From Prorocentrum cordatum (Eukaryota), in the NCBI GenBank assembly GCA_963575745.1, contig CAUYUJ010000216.1, positions 62,001 to 116,749 on the forward strand: 54,749 nt of DNA. Reading direction: 5' to 3'. This document shows, in pieces, positions 1 to 11,036 of this stretch (its first letter is position 1; each line of letters opens with the position of its first letter). The notes under the pieces are model-generated. The model ran no database searches. It was not told the origin of the DNA and saw only the letters and a list, made by a program, of their open reading frames with translations. The position numbers were made by a program, and so were the translations under genes.

Positions 1-695
1 CGCTTACTCCGAGAAACGCACATACCGATCCCAGCAGGCGACGATCGACGGCTAGATCTTATTGTTCCTGGGCTCAATGTCGATCGAGGGTTGCCACTCT
101 TCTGCGACGTTACTGTGGTATCTCCCCTTGCACGCACGGGAGGCCCGCGCTACGGAACAAGCAACAGAGGTGGGAAGATGTTGGAAAGGGCCGAACAAGA
201 CAACAATGTGACTTATCACGACGTTATTTCAACGGGACTGGGGTCACTACAGTGTCTGGGGGCAGAGGTGTTTGGAAGATGGGGCAAACAACCCGTGCGG
301 TTACTGCCCGCACTGGCCAAGGAACGGTGCAGGTACCTACATGTGCGAATACGGCGGGGCACAACATTGGGCCTTCTACACAGATGGTGGGGGCTCCTTG
401 GCTACTCTGCAAAAAGCCGTAAGCCACATGGTGCTGGAGGAGTGGTCAGATATCCCGACTCTGAGGCTTGAAGCCCCCTGCCCGCTGGACGAGCTCGTTG
501 TCCTGTAGGCTGGAGGGGGCGCCTTCCCTCCTCCTCCTCCTCCTCCTCCTCCTCCTCCTCCTCCTCCTCCTCCTCCTCCTCCTCCTCCTCCTCCTCCTCC
601 TCCTCCTCCTCCTCCTCCTTTTCCCTGCTTAGCCGCGCGCCGGGGCTGTGCAGGTTCCGTCGTGTTTCACCCCGTTTGCGTTTAGCGAATGGCAC
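1..695 (+). mobile_element. 3' end of a CRE-like (RLE-type) non-LTR retrotransposon: C-terminal restriction-like endonuclease (to stop at 508, one frameshift near 395) and 3' UTR
   Basis: Translation RRLDLIVPG..LPLFCDVTVVSP..LQCLGAEVFGRWG..LLHRWWG..CPLDELVVL is closely similar to the RLE end of the element at 18550-19200. The UTR has (CCT)n followed by motifs tgcttag, gtttcacc and atggca, shared with that element. Confidence 0.85.
527..619 (+). repeat. (CCT)n microsatellite in the CRE-like 3' UTR
   Basis: Perfect CCT run directly visible. Confidence 0.95.
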
Positions 696-747
696 TTGGA
701 GGTGTATGTGTGTGGGCTGCGCTGCGGGGGGGGGGGGGGGGGAAATT

Positions 748-3193
748 TAAATGCGTTCGTTCCACTTCAACCAAGCATTGTGTTAGAATGCGTAGGAAGG
801 CGCCCCGTATGCATTTCGGGATGGATTGCAGCGTCTGGATGCGGTTGTCGACCTCAGTCCGTATATCCACTGCATCGATATGCCGCCAGCCATCCGGCAG
901 ACGAGCGACCCCAGGACGTCCTTGCATATGTGTTCCTCCCGATGTAGGTGGAAGGCGTGGTTCGGGGTGCCGTGGCGGTCGCGGTGGTGGAGTTTCACCC
1001 GATGTGGGTTGTGGTGGTCCTTCTGCGCGTCGGGTCGGAGGTGGACGTCGCTGTCGAAGACTGTCCGCCATGTAATTGCGTATATCTGGCGCCTTGTGCA
1101 ATCCCACAGTGATCGCAAAATACACTGTTTCCATACGACGAGCCGCCGTTGTAGCCTGCGCAATTTGATCCCGAAGCCGTTCTTGTAATCTGCCATTGAA
1201 GTAATTATTTTCCGCAAACACTCTGTTACGAGGGTCGTTCGCCGTTAACCATGCACACATCGACGCTGTGTCCGTAATGCCGATGTGTCGCATTCCAGTC
1301 CGCATGTGGTCAAAAGCTCCCCGTGCAGCACCCGCATCAACCAGCTCATGGAATGTGGGGAATTCGGCGACGAAATTTGTCAGTAAATTTTCCAACCATG
1401 ATACCAAAGGCACGTCATTTGCAAAAGATAGGCATTGAAATTTGACCATCTGTGTTGTTCAATGGTATTTTGCATAGCCGCGTCATCGGCTCCAGCTGGA
1501 ATGCGCCCCAGTAGACGTAGCAAGTTGTGGGCTGCTTGCACCGCGTCGGGCGGAGGTCGGACAGGAGCCAAATCAGGTTCGCTACGATCCTCTTCGTCAG
1601 AAGCCGCATCTCCCGGGTCTCCGTCGTCGTCGTCATCACTGCCCAGGTTGCTCGCCCCCCCAATGTCGCAAGCTAGCATGCCGTCGGCGGCGCTGATCTC
1701 GACGTGGGCCGCTGGATTGCCGGGTGGTGTAGGCCAGCTTCCCACGGGAGTCAGAGGTCTCGGCCCAAGGCCCAGTGCATTCAGAGCCTGCGTAATTTGG
1801 GAAGGAACTTCATTTTGAGCTGGGTGTGGACGTCCATATTCGCTGCGGGCACCGTCGACCGCGCGATTAGCAGCTGAGGTCGGTATGTCGTCGGGGCCGC
1901 CATCTCCGGGCGGGTTGCTTGGCATGGGCGGGGCAGAAGTTGGAAGGGCCGCCGGGCCGCGCGGAGGGGAGTTTGGTAGTGCCGGAGTTGGAGGAAGTGC
2001 GATGGAAGGGCGATGGGATGGAGAGTCGGGGGCAGCAAGCCCCGGTGGAGGGGTGCAGGGAAGGCTCGCAGGGCTGCCTTCGGGGGTGGAGATGCCCGTC
2101 GCTAGGGTCTGGGCCCCAGGTTCGCGTACTTCAGGTGGAGCTGGGATGGGGGTTCCATCGTGAGTGCCCGCCGGAGGCCCCAGGCACAAGAGCTGAAGGG
2201 TCCTATCAATGAGGGGTCTCTGAGGCGGCGGGTCATATTCGGCTCTGCCTGGGGATAGTGGTTCTGGAGCAGGGGCAGGGGGGACGTTGGCAGGTATGGG
2301 GATTGGGTGGACAAATGGGTAGGGAGTTACGTTAGGGAGGTTGAGAGGCGGACCGGATGACACCGTAGTCGGTGGTACGCCACGAACTTGTTGTCCTGGT
2401 CGTAGGCGTGGCGTTGGTGAAGTAGCTGACCGTGGAATTCGGTGCCCACCGCCCATCGTACGATTCCCATCTGTCGGTCCCAACCCTAAGAGTTGCAAAG
2501 CTCTGTCGAGTCCGGGTGGACCTGGATGGGCAGCTTCCCCAATGCGTTTCCCCGCGCGCGGTGAAAATTTGCACGGAAGATGCTGGGGTGTGGACGTAGC
2601 CACACGTTTGTAGATAGAGCGGTATCGATGTAACACCAAATATTTGATTGTAGAAATTCTGATTGTCTTATTGGCGTACGTCCAAGGGTAATCCATCGTA
2701 ACGCGCCGCTTGTACGACCCGGAAGACGATATTGAGAACCGAACTCGGTAGGCGAATGCGCCTGACATACGATAGTCAACACAACCACAGCTTAATCCAC
2801 CATCAGCCCAACAACCATAATAATCAATATCACCACCCACATTACCATAAACCCATGTCTTCGTCCACTTTCTGGTCGGTCTTTGTTCCATGTTGTTTTC
2901 GACCACAAGCTGGAATTGGAGCGGGAATTCGTGACGGACCACATAGTTTAAACCGGTAGTGCTCGAGGAAACCGCGGTAGTCGTAGTTGGCGTCATAATT
3001 GGCGTGGGTGCTGACGTCGGATGTAGTGTCGGTGCTATCGTTGGTTGTGGGAGTCGGGCTACAACATACAACCACCGTCGTAGTAGCGTTGATATTCCGA
3101 TTGATCCCGTAATAACGAATAAATCGTCGAAAATATTGTTGGGAATATTCGCGGTTATATTGCGTAATGCCGCCGCCGTGCCATGGTTAATAT
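748..3193 (-). mobile_element. CRE-like element copy A: N-terminal, pre-RT part; 3'-truncated at 748 and interrupted upstream by the DNA transposon (continues at 18188-18357)
   Basis: 748-1091 is nearly identical to 21579-21922 of the RT-encoding copy. ORFs 1380..3071 and 682..1449 are joined by frameshifts. Contains RIGEAAHPGP. Confidence 0.75.
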
Positions 3194-3215
3194 CCAGAGG
3201 TCCTAGAGTTGCAAG
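3194..3215 (+). repeat. Left terminal inverted repeat
   Basis: 21 of 22 positions match the reverse complement of 18165-18186. Adjacent AT-rich subterminal sequence is also weakly similar. Confidence 0.85.
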
Positions 3216-3375
3216 ATTTACGTTTGAAAGATAATATATTGATTACAGATGTGCTTGATTGCAAGTTTTATTTTCTACGTTTGTAAGATAAAATTTGTCA
3301 TTCTTATCATATACATATTTTGCTATCTCTGGATATCTCCATCTATGTATACAGCTGGAGCCCGAAAGCCTCATG

Positions 3376-4517
3376 AGGCCAGCGGCGGGGGGCGGAGGGG
3401 GCGGAAGCCCTAAATCCTCATAGGGCCAGCGGCGGGGGGCGGAGGGGGCGGAAGCCCTAAAGCCCCATAGGGCCAGCGGCGGGGGGCGGAGGGTGCGTAA
3501 GCCCTGAAGCCCCATAGGGCCAGCGGCGGGGGGCGGAGGGGGCGGAAGCCCTACAGCCCCATGGGGCCAACGGCGGGGGGCGGAGGGGGCGGAAGCCCTA
3601 AAGCCCCATAGGGCCAGCGGCGGGGGGCGGAGGGGGCGGAAGCCCTAAAGCTCCATAGGGCAAGCGGCGGAAGGGGCGAGGGGACGGAAGCCCTCAAGCC
3701 CCTAGGGGCCAGCGGTCGGGGCGGATGGGCGGAAGCCTAAAGCCCATGGGGCCCACGGCGGGGGCGGAGGGGGCGGAAGCCCCTCACGCCCAAAAATGGG
3801 GCCCAGCGGCGGGGGCGGGGGGGCGGAAGCCCAAGCCCCATGGGGCCAGCGGCGGGGGGCGGGGGCGGTCGGAAGCTACAGCCCATAGTTGCCAGAGCCT
3901 GCGGAGGGAGCGGAAGCCCTACAGCCCCATAGGGCCAACGGCGGGGGGCGGAGGGGGCGGAAGCCCTCAAGCCCCATAGGGCCAGCGGCGGGGGGCGGAG
4001 GGGGCGGAAGCCCTAAAGCCCCATAGGGCCAGCGGCGGGGGGCGGATGGAGGCGGAAGCCCTAAAGCCCCTATGGTGCCAGCGGCGGGGGGCGGAAGGGG
4101 CGGAAGCCCTAATGCCCCTATGGGGCCAGCGGCGGGGGGCGGAGGGGGCGGAAGCCCTAAAGCCCTTGCGGGGCCAGCAGCGGCGGGGGGCTGAGGGGGC
4201 GGAAGCCCTAAAGCCCCATGGGGCCAGCGGCGGGGGGCGGATGGAGGCGGAAGCCCTAAAGCCCCATAGGGCCAGCGGCGGGGTGCGGATAGAGGCGGAA
4301 GCCCTAAAACCCCTATGGGGCCAGCGGCGGGGGGCGGAGGAGGCGGAAGCCCTCAAGCCCCATGGGGCCAGCGGCGGGGAGCGGAGGAGGCGGAAGCCCT
4401 AAAGCCCCAAGGTGCCAGCGGCGGGGGGCGGAGAAGGCAGAAGCCTCACAGCCCCATAGGGCCAGCGGCGGGGGGCGGAGGGGGCGGAAGCCCTAAAGCC
4501 CCCTAGGGCCAGCGGCG
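3376..4517 (+). repeat. 47-bp G-rich tandem repeat (~24 units), subterminal in the transposon
   Basis: Unit GGGCCAGCGGCGGGGGGCGGAGGGGGCGGAAGCCCTAAAGCCCCATA, period 47 (e.g. 3423 to 3470). Confidence 0.95.
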
Positions 4518-5144
4518 GATGGCATGTGGCAGCCCAATCGGGCCGCGCCCAAGGCCCAGGCAAGACGCGCGCCCGCAGACACGCACGCAGGCGGAATGCC
4601 GACAGGCCAACGGTGATGAGGCAGGGCTGGCGGTAGCGGCGGCAGCGGCATCTGCGGCGCGTCGGCAGCCAGCAAAAGTCCGACTGGCTGGCAGCAGTGG
4701 TCGCACCCAATCGCCCCAGTGAACCCGTGCCCGAAGGCATAGGGAGTTATGGCGCCCTTGCCCCGCCTCCTGCCGAAAACGCCCCCCCCCCCCTTTGTTT
4801 TTGTTTTTTACTTGGTCTTGTTTTTTCAGGGAGGCGGGCTCGGGCGAGCTGAGCGCTTTCGGCATGTTTCGGCGTCCCGCCTCGCCCGCCCCCGCGCCCC
4901 GGCGGCACCCCGCGGCCCGCCCGCGCGCACTGTCGAAGTCCATTCATGTTCTCCTGGTCTCGCTGGCGCCGCGAACATTCCAAACTGCATGGGAACAACA
5001 ATTTTGGAGTAACATTCAATCTACAAAACTTGAGGCCCTGGAAAAAGGGGAAGGACCCCATCAGAGGCCACTGGGAGCATGGAGTTCTGCAGACCTGCTG
5101 GGGGATCCGCAGCGTGGTCAAGGCCGTGGGCGTTTATGCCCTTT

Positions 5145-5222
5145 CCGTGCCGTGCCGTGCCGTGCCGTGCCGTACCGTGCCGTGCCCCTTCTCTGGGCCG
5201 TGCCGTGCCAGCTCTGCCGTGC
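5145..5222 (+). repeat. (CCGTG)n pentanucleotide repeat, interrupted
   Basis: Directly visible. Confidence 0.85.
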
Positions 5223-5386
5223 CCCCACGTCTACGCGGTGGCCGAGGTCTACATCCGCACGGAGGCGCGGCGCCCCCCTGCACCTATCTTTCTCCGCCTC
5301 CCTTCCGCCTCAGCCCCCTGGTTCGTTCCACGCCCTCAGTCTTAGAGCGACCACCTGGGGTCGAATTTGATAAGACCAACTGGTAC

Positions 5387-5490
5387 TTCGACGATGCTTC
5401 GGCGATGCATCGCATCGGCGATCGACCGACGATGGGCATGCGATGCGCCAGCGATGGACCGACTGTGTTTCGCATCGGCGATGCATCGGG
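5387..5490. repeat. Degenerate GCATCG-N-CGATGC palindromic array
   Basis: ttcgacgatgc ttcggcgatgcatcg..catcggcgatgcatcgg. Confidence 0.7.
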
Positions 5491-5928
5491 CAATAGGAAG
5501 CGTGATCAATGCAACCGCATCCTCCTCCACCTCGCCCCCCGCTTCCACGCCCACCTGGGTTTCCTGCCCCTGCCGACGGTAGTGCCCACGGATCTGACCC
5601 TTGTTCCCCCTCCATTTTGCCACCTCCCCTCCTCGCATTACTCCAGGTTTCGCCTACTCCTCCTCCGTCTCATCACCCTTTCTGCGTCTCGTCGCTGCCA
5701 TGTCCTCGCCCTCCACGGCGCCTCGCCACTGTCTCCGTTGCAGCTTCCGCCCTCTTTAAATCTCCCCCTTTTCCCTCGTCCTTCTGTGTGCTTACATGTT
5801 GGGCCAGAGTGGCCCGCTCAAGTGTGACCACTAACATTATGTTCCTTCCTCCTCCTCCTCCTCCTCCTCCGCGCCCCTGTTCGCTCCCTGATTTTGGTGT
5901 GCCCCAAGTTGCAGCGTGCTGCTGATGT

Positions 5929-8900
5929 CTAATCTGCGCGAACGCGGGCAGGGCCTGCTCCTAAATGCGTCTGCACATCGACTCTGGTGAAAAAAACCCG
6001 TTCCCAGGCGCCGTGCGAGGCGCGCGACTGCTCTGCGATAGCGGCATACAGAGCGTTCAGAGATTCATCTCTCCAAGTGCTGTGCAGCCGCGGATGCCCA
6101 AACTCTTCGATCCTGGGAGGATGGCCCAGAGACGTACCGTGAGAACTTACGTTAATACATGGCTCTTCTACGTGTGGATCAGGTAGCAGGCCCACCCCCC
6201 ATGCCCCCCTTTCCTCGCGGGGGGGAGGGGGGAGGGGCAGGGGGGGGGGGTCAGGAGGAGGAAGAGGGTGAGAAGGTTACCCCTCGAAGGCCCCCCCGCC
6301 GACCCCATTCAGCAAACCGTCCTGAAAACCAAGTGGTACCACAGATGGTGCTTCGGCCGAGTCGGGATCTCCGCGGGCACCAATAAGACCAAGTGTCGCG
6401 CGCAGAGGCGCTCCAGGTTTCTGCGGGCGGTCGGGGGTGGGCAATCGGGCAGGGCCTGGAGGACGGTAGAGCACTCGCACAAGCTATCGGCAGCCGCTTG
6501 CAGCTCGCGACCCTTGTGGATCATGGCCGCGTATTTCGGCAATAAGCACTCTGCGCAACACTTGAAAAGAGAGGCGCACTCCCCAGCCTAGCAGCGAACC
6601 GCTGCCCGTGCCTCGACGCGGCTTGGGCGAGGGCACGGGGCCGTGCCAGCATTCCGCATTGGCCATGGCCGTGCGCCCTCGCGCAGGCTGCGTCCCAACG
6701 CGGGCAATGGTTCTTTGAAATCGCCGTAGCCTTGATCTTGAGCACCCGCTTCTTGGAGGTGCCAAACATTTTAGCATCCAAAGAATCCAGCGCGCTGACA
6801 GTGTGCCCACGCCCCTGCTCGAGTTTGTACCACGACGAGACTTCTGATGTTAGCACTGCAAGGGCCTGGGGTGGCAGTTGTTTTATCACCTATGCTCCGC
6901 CCCTCCCCTGTCCCATTTCACCGCTCGCCCGCCCTTCCCCCCTCCCCGTTCCCCCCCCCCTCCAACCAGTTTTGCGGGGGGCGGGCGGGGCCTGTTGCTC
7001 CATAGTATGCCGTGAATTGTTGAAGCCCCCTATCTGCGAGCACTGGAGAATTCGCCACACCGTCTCTAGCACCACGAAGCCACGGACGCCGAGCATATCC
7101 GTATGCAGCTCGTCAACACCAAAACGCCGTGAGATTGAAATCCCCAGTCGTTCATCAAAGAGAGGATTAAGCTGTCTAGTTATGCTTGCATCACTGTCGC
7201 GCCAAAAAATCAGAGTTACAGGCGGAGCAACGCTGGCATAGCCTCCGACGTCTGGGAGGGATGGTTGCGGCACCAGTCTGTCTCGCGGCTCCAAAGGCGC
7301 ACTGAACGGATTGAGAGGAGGCACGTGCCTTGTCACGCACAAACCTTTCCCTTCACTTTTTCTTTTGTCCCAGAGAAACCCTGCTGTTCTGAGAAGGCTG
7401 TCTCTCTCTTCCACTGTCAGGATAGTTACTGTCTTAATTGCCCTGTCGGATGCCCTCGCGTGTGCGCGGTGGTCATGGTTGCGCCACGGCTTAACGATAT
7501 CATCCAACTGGCTGCGAGAAATGCGCGCGTCTTTGGCATGCGCCCATCCTCCTCCGCCTCCTCCTCCTTCTTCTCCTCCAGGCGGACTTGGGGGGGCAAA
7601 TAATTTAGGGGGATCCTGGTTGTTCAAGTTGTGGGGTTGCTGGCTACCGCTCCTCAGCCTCCTCGCCCCTCGCCCCTCCCCCTCTCCGAGCGCCTCTCCA
7701 TCCCTCGGACTCCTCTGCATCCTGTCATCCCAATGTCACTCGGACAAGGCGGTACCCAATATTAAACTGACTGCTTTCGTACGCGGCATCAGGCACGCTG
7801 CGCTCGTTTCGTGCGTCTTTGAAACGGGCGAGGGGGTCATCTTCCAGAAAACGCAGAAAAAAAAAAAGCTGTCTTAAGCTTGGACGGCCAGCGCTTACCA
7901 AACAAGCGAAACCAAATCACTCAAATGGCCCCATCAAGGTCCGCGGCGGTCGAAAGCAACTCACCCAAAATGGTCCCTCCCAGTCTGCCGCTGGTCCGAA
8001 GCAGGTCCATCATTCATCTCCTCTCCTCATCTTTCCTCTCCTCTACTCCTCATCTTCTCTCCTCTAACCTCCTCCCCCTCCGTGAATTCCGATTCCTGCC
8101 CTCGCGCCCTGCGGGTCTCCGACTCGGTCCTCGTCCTCCCTCCGATTCGTCCTCTATCCGCCCCCTTCCCAATCCATCTGTCCTCTTCCCCTCCGCAGCC
8201 CCCTCTCTCGGGATAGAGTGCGGCGCCGGGATTTGTCCTGGCCAACGGACATGAACGGCCGCCCACGGGTAGGAGAGCGAAGGCAGGGGCGAGAACGCGA
8301 GGACGGACCGACGACGCACACCGTGACGCCCACTGGGGTAAGAGCAGGAGGACAACCTACGACCGTCAGTAGACACGTAAACGAAACGCAAATAAAAAAC
8401 ACAAGCACCTGTACGCGTGCATTGTGTCGGAGCTGCAATTGCACAGGGGGCAGGGGTGGAGCTCGGTGTTCCACTGCGGGACCCCCATCGTGCTAACGAC
8501 CGCCTCCCAGTCCAACATCAGATACACAACAGCAGCTTTGAACGCCGTGGCCTGGCCAGCCAACGCAACTCTGTCGAGGGCTGGAGACTCCGCGCTCCAA
8601 TCACCGCCACCGAATGCACTCTCAGACCACCTGCCCTGCGCGAGCTGCAACAAACACCAATGCAGAAAACTCAGTATGGAATAAACGCTACACCACCCCT
8701 TACAGCCACACCTGCACTGGTATTGCTTGCGGAATGCAAGCCCTACGTGGCGTGTGCCAGAAATCAGGTTGACCAGACTTACTTGAAGGATGCTGCGTTG
8801 TTTCCCTGCTGCTGCGCTGCCGCCGTATCGGGCAGCATCCATGTATATTGCGACGGGCACAACGAGTTCTTCGTAGCCTGCTCCCGATATGATGGGGTTC

Positions 8901-9364
8901 GCCTTCCATGCTCGAGGCAGCTCCTTTTCCGACAGCACACTATGCCACTCCTTAAGCCTGTGCGCCGATGCTGATGCTTCTTTGATAAGCAGCTCATGGA
9001 ACGGTCTGACCTGGAGCTGTATGTCGGCGCGCTTGCCTTTCACGTGCCCTGGGAGGCTGATGCGCATCAGCGGCACCCTCTCACCGAGCTCAGTCGAAAC
9101 AGTGTGCTCAACGTGCCGATGGTAATGACCGCTTGGGCGGCCAGGCGCCAGCCCCCACTGACTATCGGGCCCAACGCACCCACCACGCGCGGCCAAGTGA
9201 GCGAGCCTACACATGGCCGATGCAGTCATGGTGGATCCACTGCTGTACATAGCCTGCAGCTCCGACATACACGCACCCCCTGACTCGGCTCGGGCACTTG
9301 CCTCGGCGACATGGTCGAGGATAGGCGTGATAGTGCGCCGTCGTCGGCGCGGGGGCTCGGACAT
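5929..9364 (-). CDS. CMC/EnSpm-like DDE transposase, 5 exons: 9364-8409, 7511-6992, 6889-6731, 6587-6322, 6112-5929
   Basis: Splicing at GT-AG, GC-AG, GC-AG and GA-AG joins all exons in frame. Motifs: VPVAIYMD, CRCGCKGW, LDW..PCPLC, VDELHTDMLGV, LKIKAGE (created by splicing), PKHH, GHPRLHSTWRDESLN. This matches the D / C(2)C / DxxH / PKxH / E layout of CACTA-Mirage-type transposases. Confidence 0.8.
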
Positions 9365-9699
9365 CGTTTGGGCCGCAACGCTACATACTTAGTTGTGGTG
9401 TTGGGCCCTCGCTTGCGTGTCTATCGCGGCACGCCCCTCACGCGCTTCGTAACTCCATGAAATGGTGCATGGCGATGACGACTGTGATGATGAGGATGCC
9501 CAGGAGAGGGCTGGGGGAGGACGAGAGGCAGGAGATTGCGAAACTTGCATACCCCTGACCCGCTCCCCCTGCGCCAGGCCAATGCCTCCGCGCGGAGCGG
9601 ACCCTCGAGGACGGGCGGGCAGCGGGGCCGATGGGTGGGGAGGGGGCGAAGGGGCAAGAGGGGGGGGTGAGGCGCGAGGGAGAAGGGGAGGGGGAGGGA

Positions 9700-9740
<41 letters not shown>

Positions 9741-9763
9741 AATATATACATAGAGAGAGCGAA

Positions 9764-9794
<31 letters not shown>

Positions 9795-9849
9795 AAAAAT
9801 AAAGAGAGAGAGAGAGCGTCACACAAACATAGACAGAGAGAGAGAGAGC

Positions 9850-9881
<32 letters not shown>

Positions 9882-9961
9882 GAGAGAGATAACCACAACG
9901 AGGGAAGAGAGAGAGAGAGAGAAAGAGAGGACAGAGAAATAGACTAGATGGTGGGAGAGAC

Positions 9962-9995
<34 letters not shown>

Positions 9996-10201
9996 CGAGA
10001 GCGAGAGAAGAGGAGAGGAGAGAGAGAGAGTATAGAGAGAGATAGAGAAAAAAAAAAAAAGAGGGGCGGGGTGGAGAGAGAGAGAGAGGAGAGAGATAGA
10101 GATGGAGAAGAGAAGAGAGAGAGAGAGAGAGAGAGAGCGTCGAGAGGCACAGAGAGGGGGGGAGAGAAAGAAGAGAGAGAGAGAGAGAGAGGGAGAGGGA
10201 G

Positions 10202-10257
<56 letters not shown>

Positions 10258-10298
10258 GAGCGAGGAGAGAGAGAGGGACACAAACAACAGAAAGAAAG

Positions 10299-10350
<52 letters not shown>
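9700..10350 (+). repeat. Imperfect (GA)n microsatellite
   Basis: Directly visible. Confidence 0.95.
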
Positions 10351-10637
10351 AGAGGAGGAAGAGGAGGGGGGATGACATGGGAGACGGAAGGACGGAAAAG
10401 GGGCAGAGGGCAGGGGTGGCTGGGCGTGCTCGGGGGCCCACGCACTGTCGACCCCGAGATATCGCAAGTCCCCCCGAAAAACCAGCCTCGCGGCCATCGG
10501 GAATCAGGATCTCGCGTCGGTGGATGGCTCGGGCCGTTGCCCCTCCCCACAGAAGTCAACGAAGGGGTCGGATGGGCGTCTGGTTCAGGATTTACGTGTT
10601 TTTTTTTGCTTTTTCCTGGAATTTGCTGGGCCTACGC

Positions 10638-10799
10638 GCATCGACGATCATCGACGATAATCGACGATGGATCGACGATGGATCGACGATGCATCGACGA
10701 TGCATCGACGATGGAATAGTGCAAAAACACAGCTTTTTTGGGGCATTCGACGACGATCGACGATGGATCGACGATGCATCGACGATGCGTCGACGATGG
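10638..10799. repeat. 11-bp tandem ATCGACGATGC array (palindromic unit), two blocks
   Basis: gcatcgacgatcatcgacgataatcgacgatggatcgacgatg... Confidence 0.9.
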
Positions 10800-11036
10800 A
10801 ATTGCGGTCGCGCCCGCTCCTCGGCGAGGAAAACACCGGCCTGGGAGCGAAAACGCCGGCCTGGGAGCCAAGACTCTGACCAGACGGGGTCCGGTATTAT
10901 TTGCTCGGGACAGCAGCGCCGCCTCCCCAGCGGCACCGAAAACGTCAGAGATTCGCTCGATTTCTCCTCCTCCCCCTGCTCTGCCCCTACCTCCTCGATC
11001 CTCCTTAGAAGAGCGCGGGCAGTCCACGCCCAGTCC

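Noticed and set aside
3376..4517. Possible CRISPR array
   Set aside because: Units are contiguous with no unique spacers, there are no cas genes, and the context is eukaryotic.
4500..5830. A fourth transposon gene (ORFs 4795..5370, 4946..5827)
   Set aside because: No recognisable motifs, it runs through simple repeats, and I could not build a consistent splice model.
10638..10799. Palindromic repeats as CRISPR-like array
   Set aside because: 11-bp head-to-tail units without spacers.
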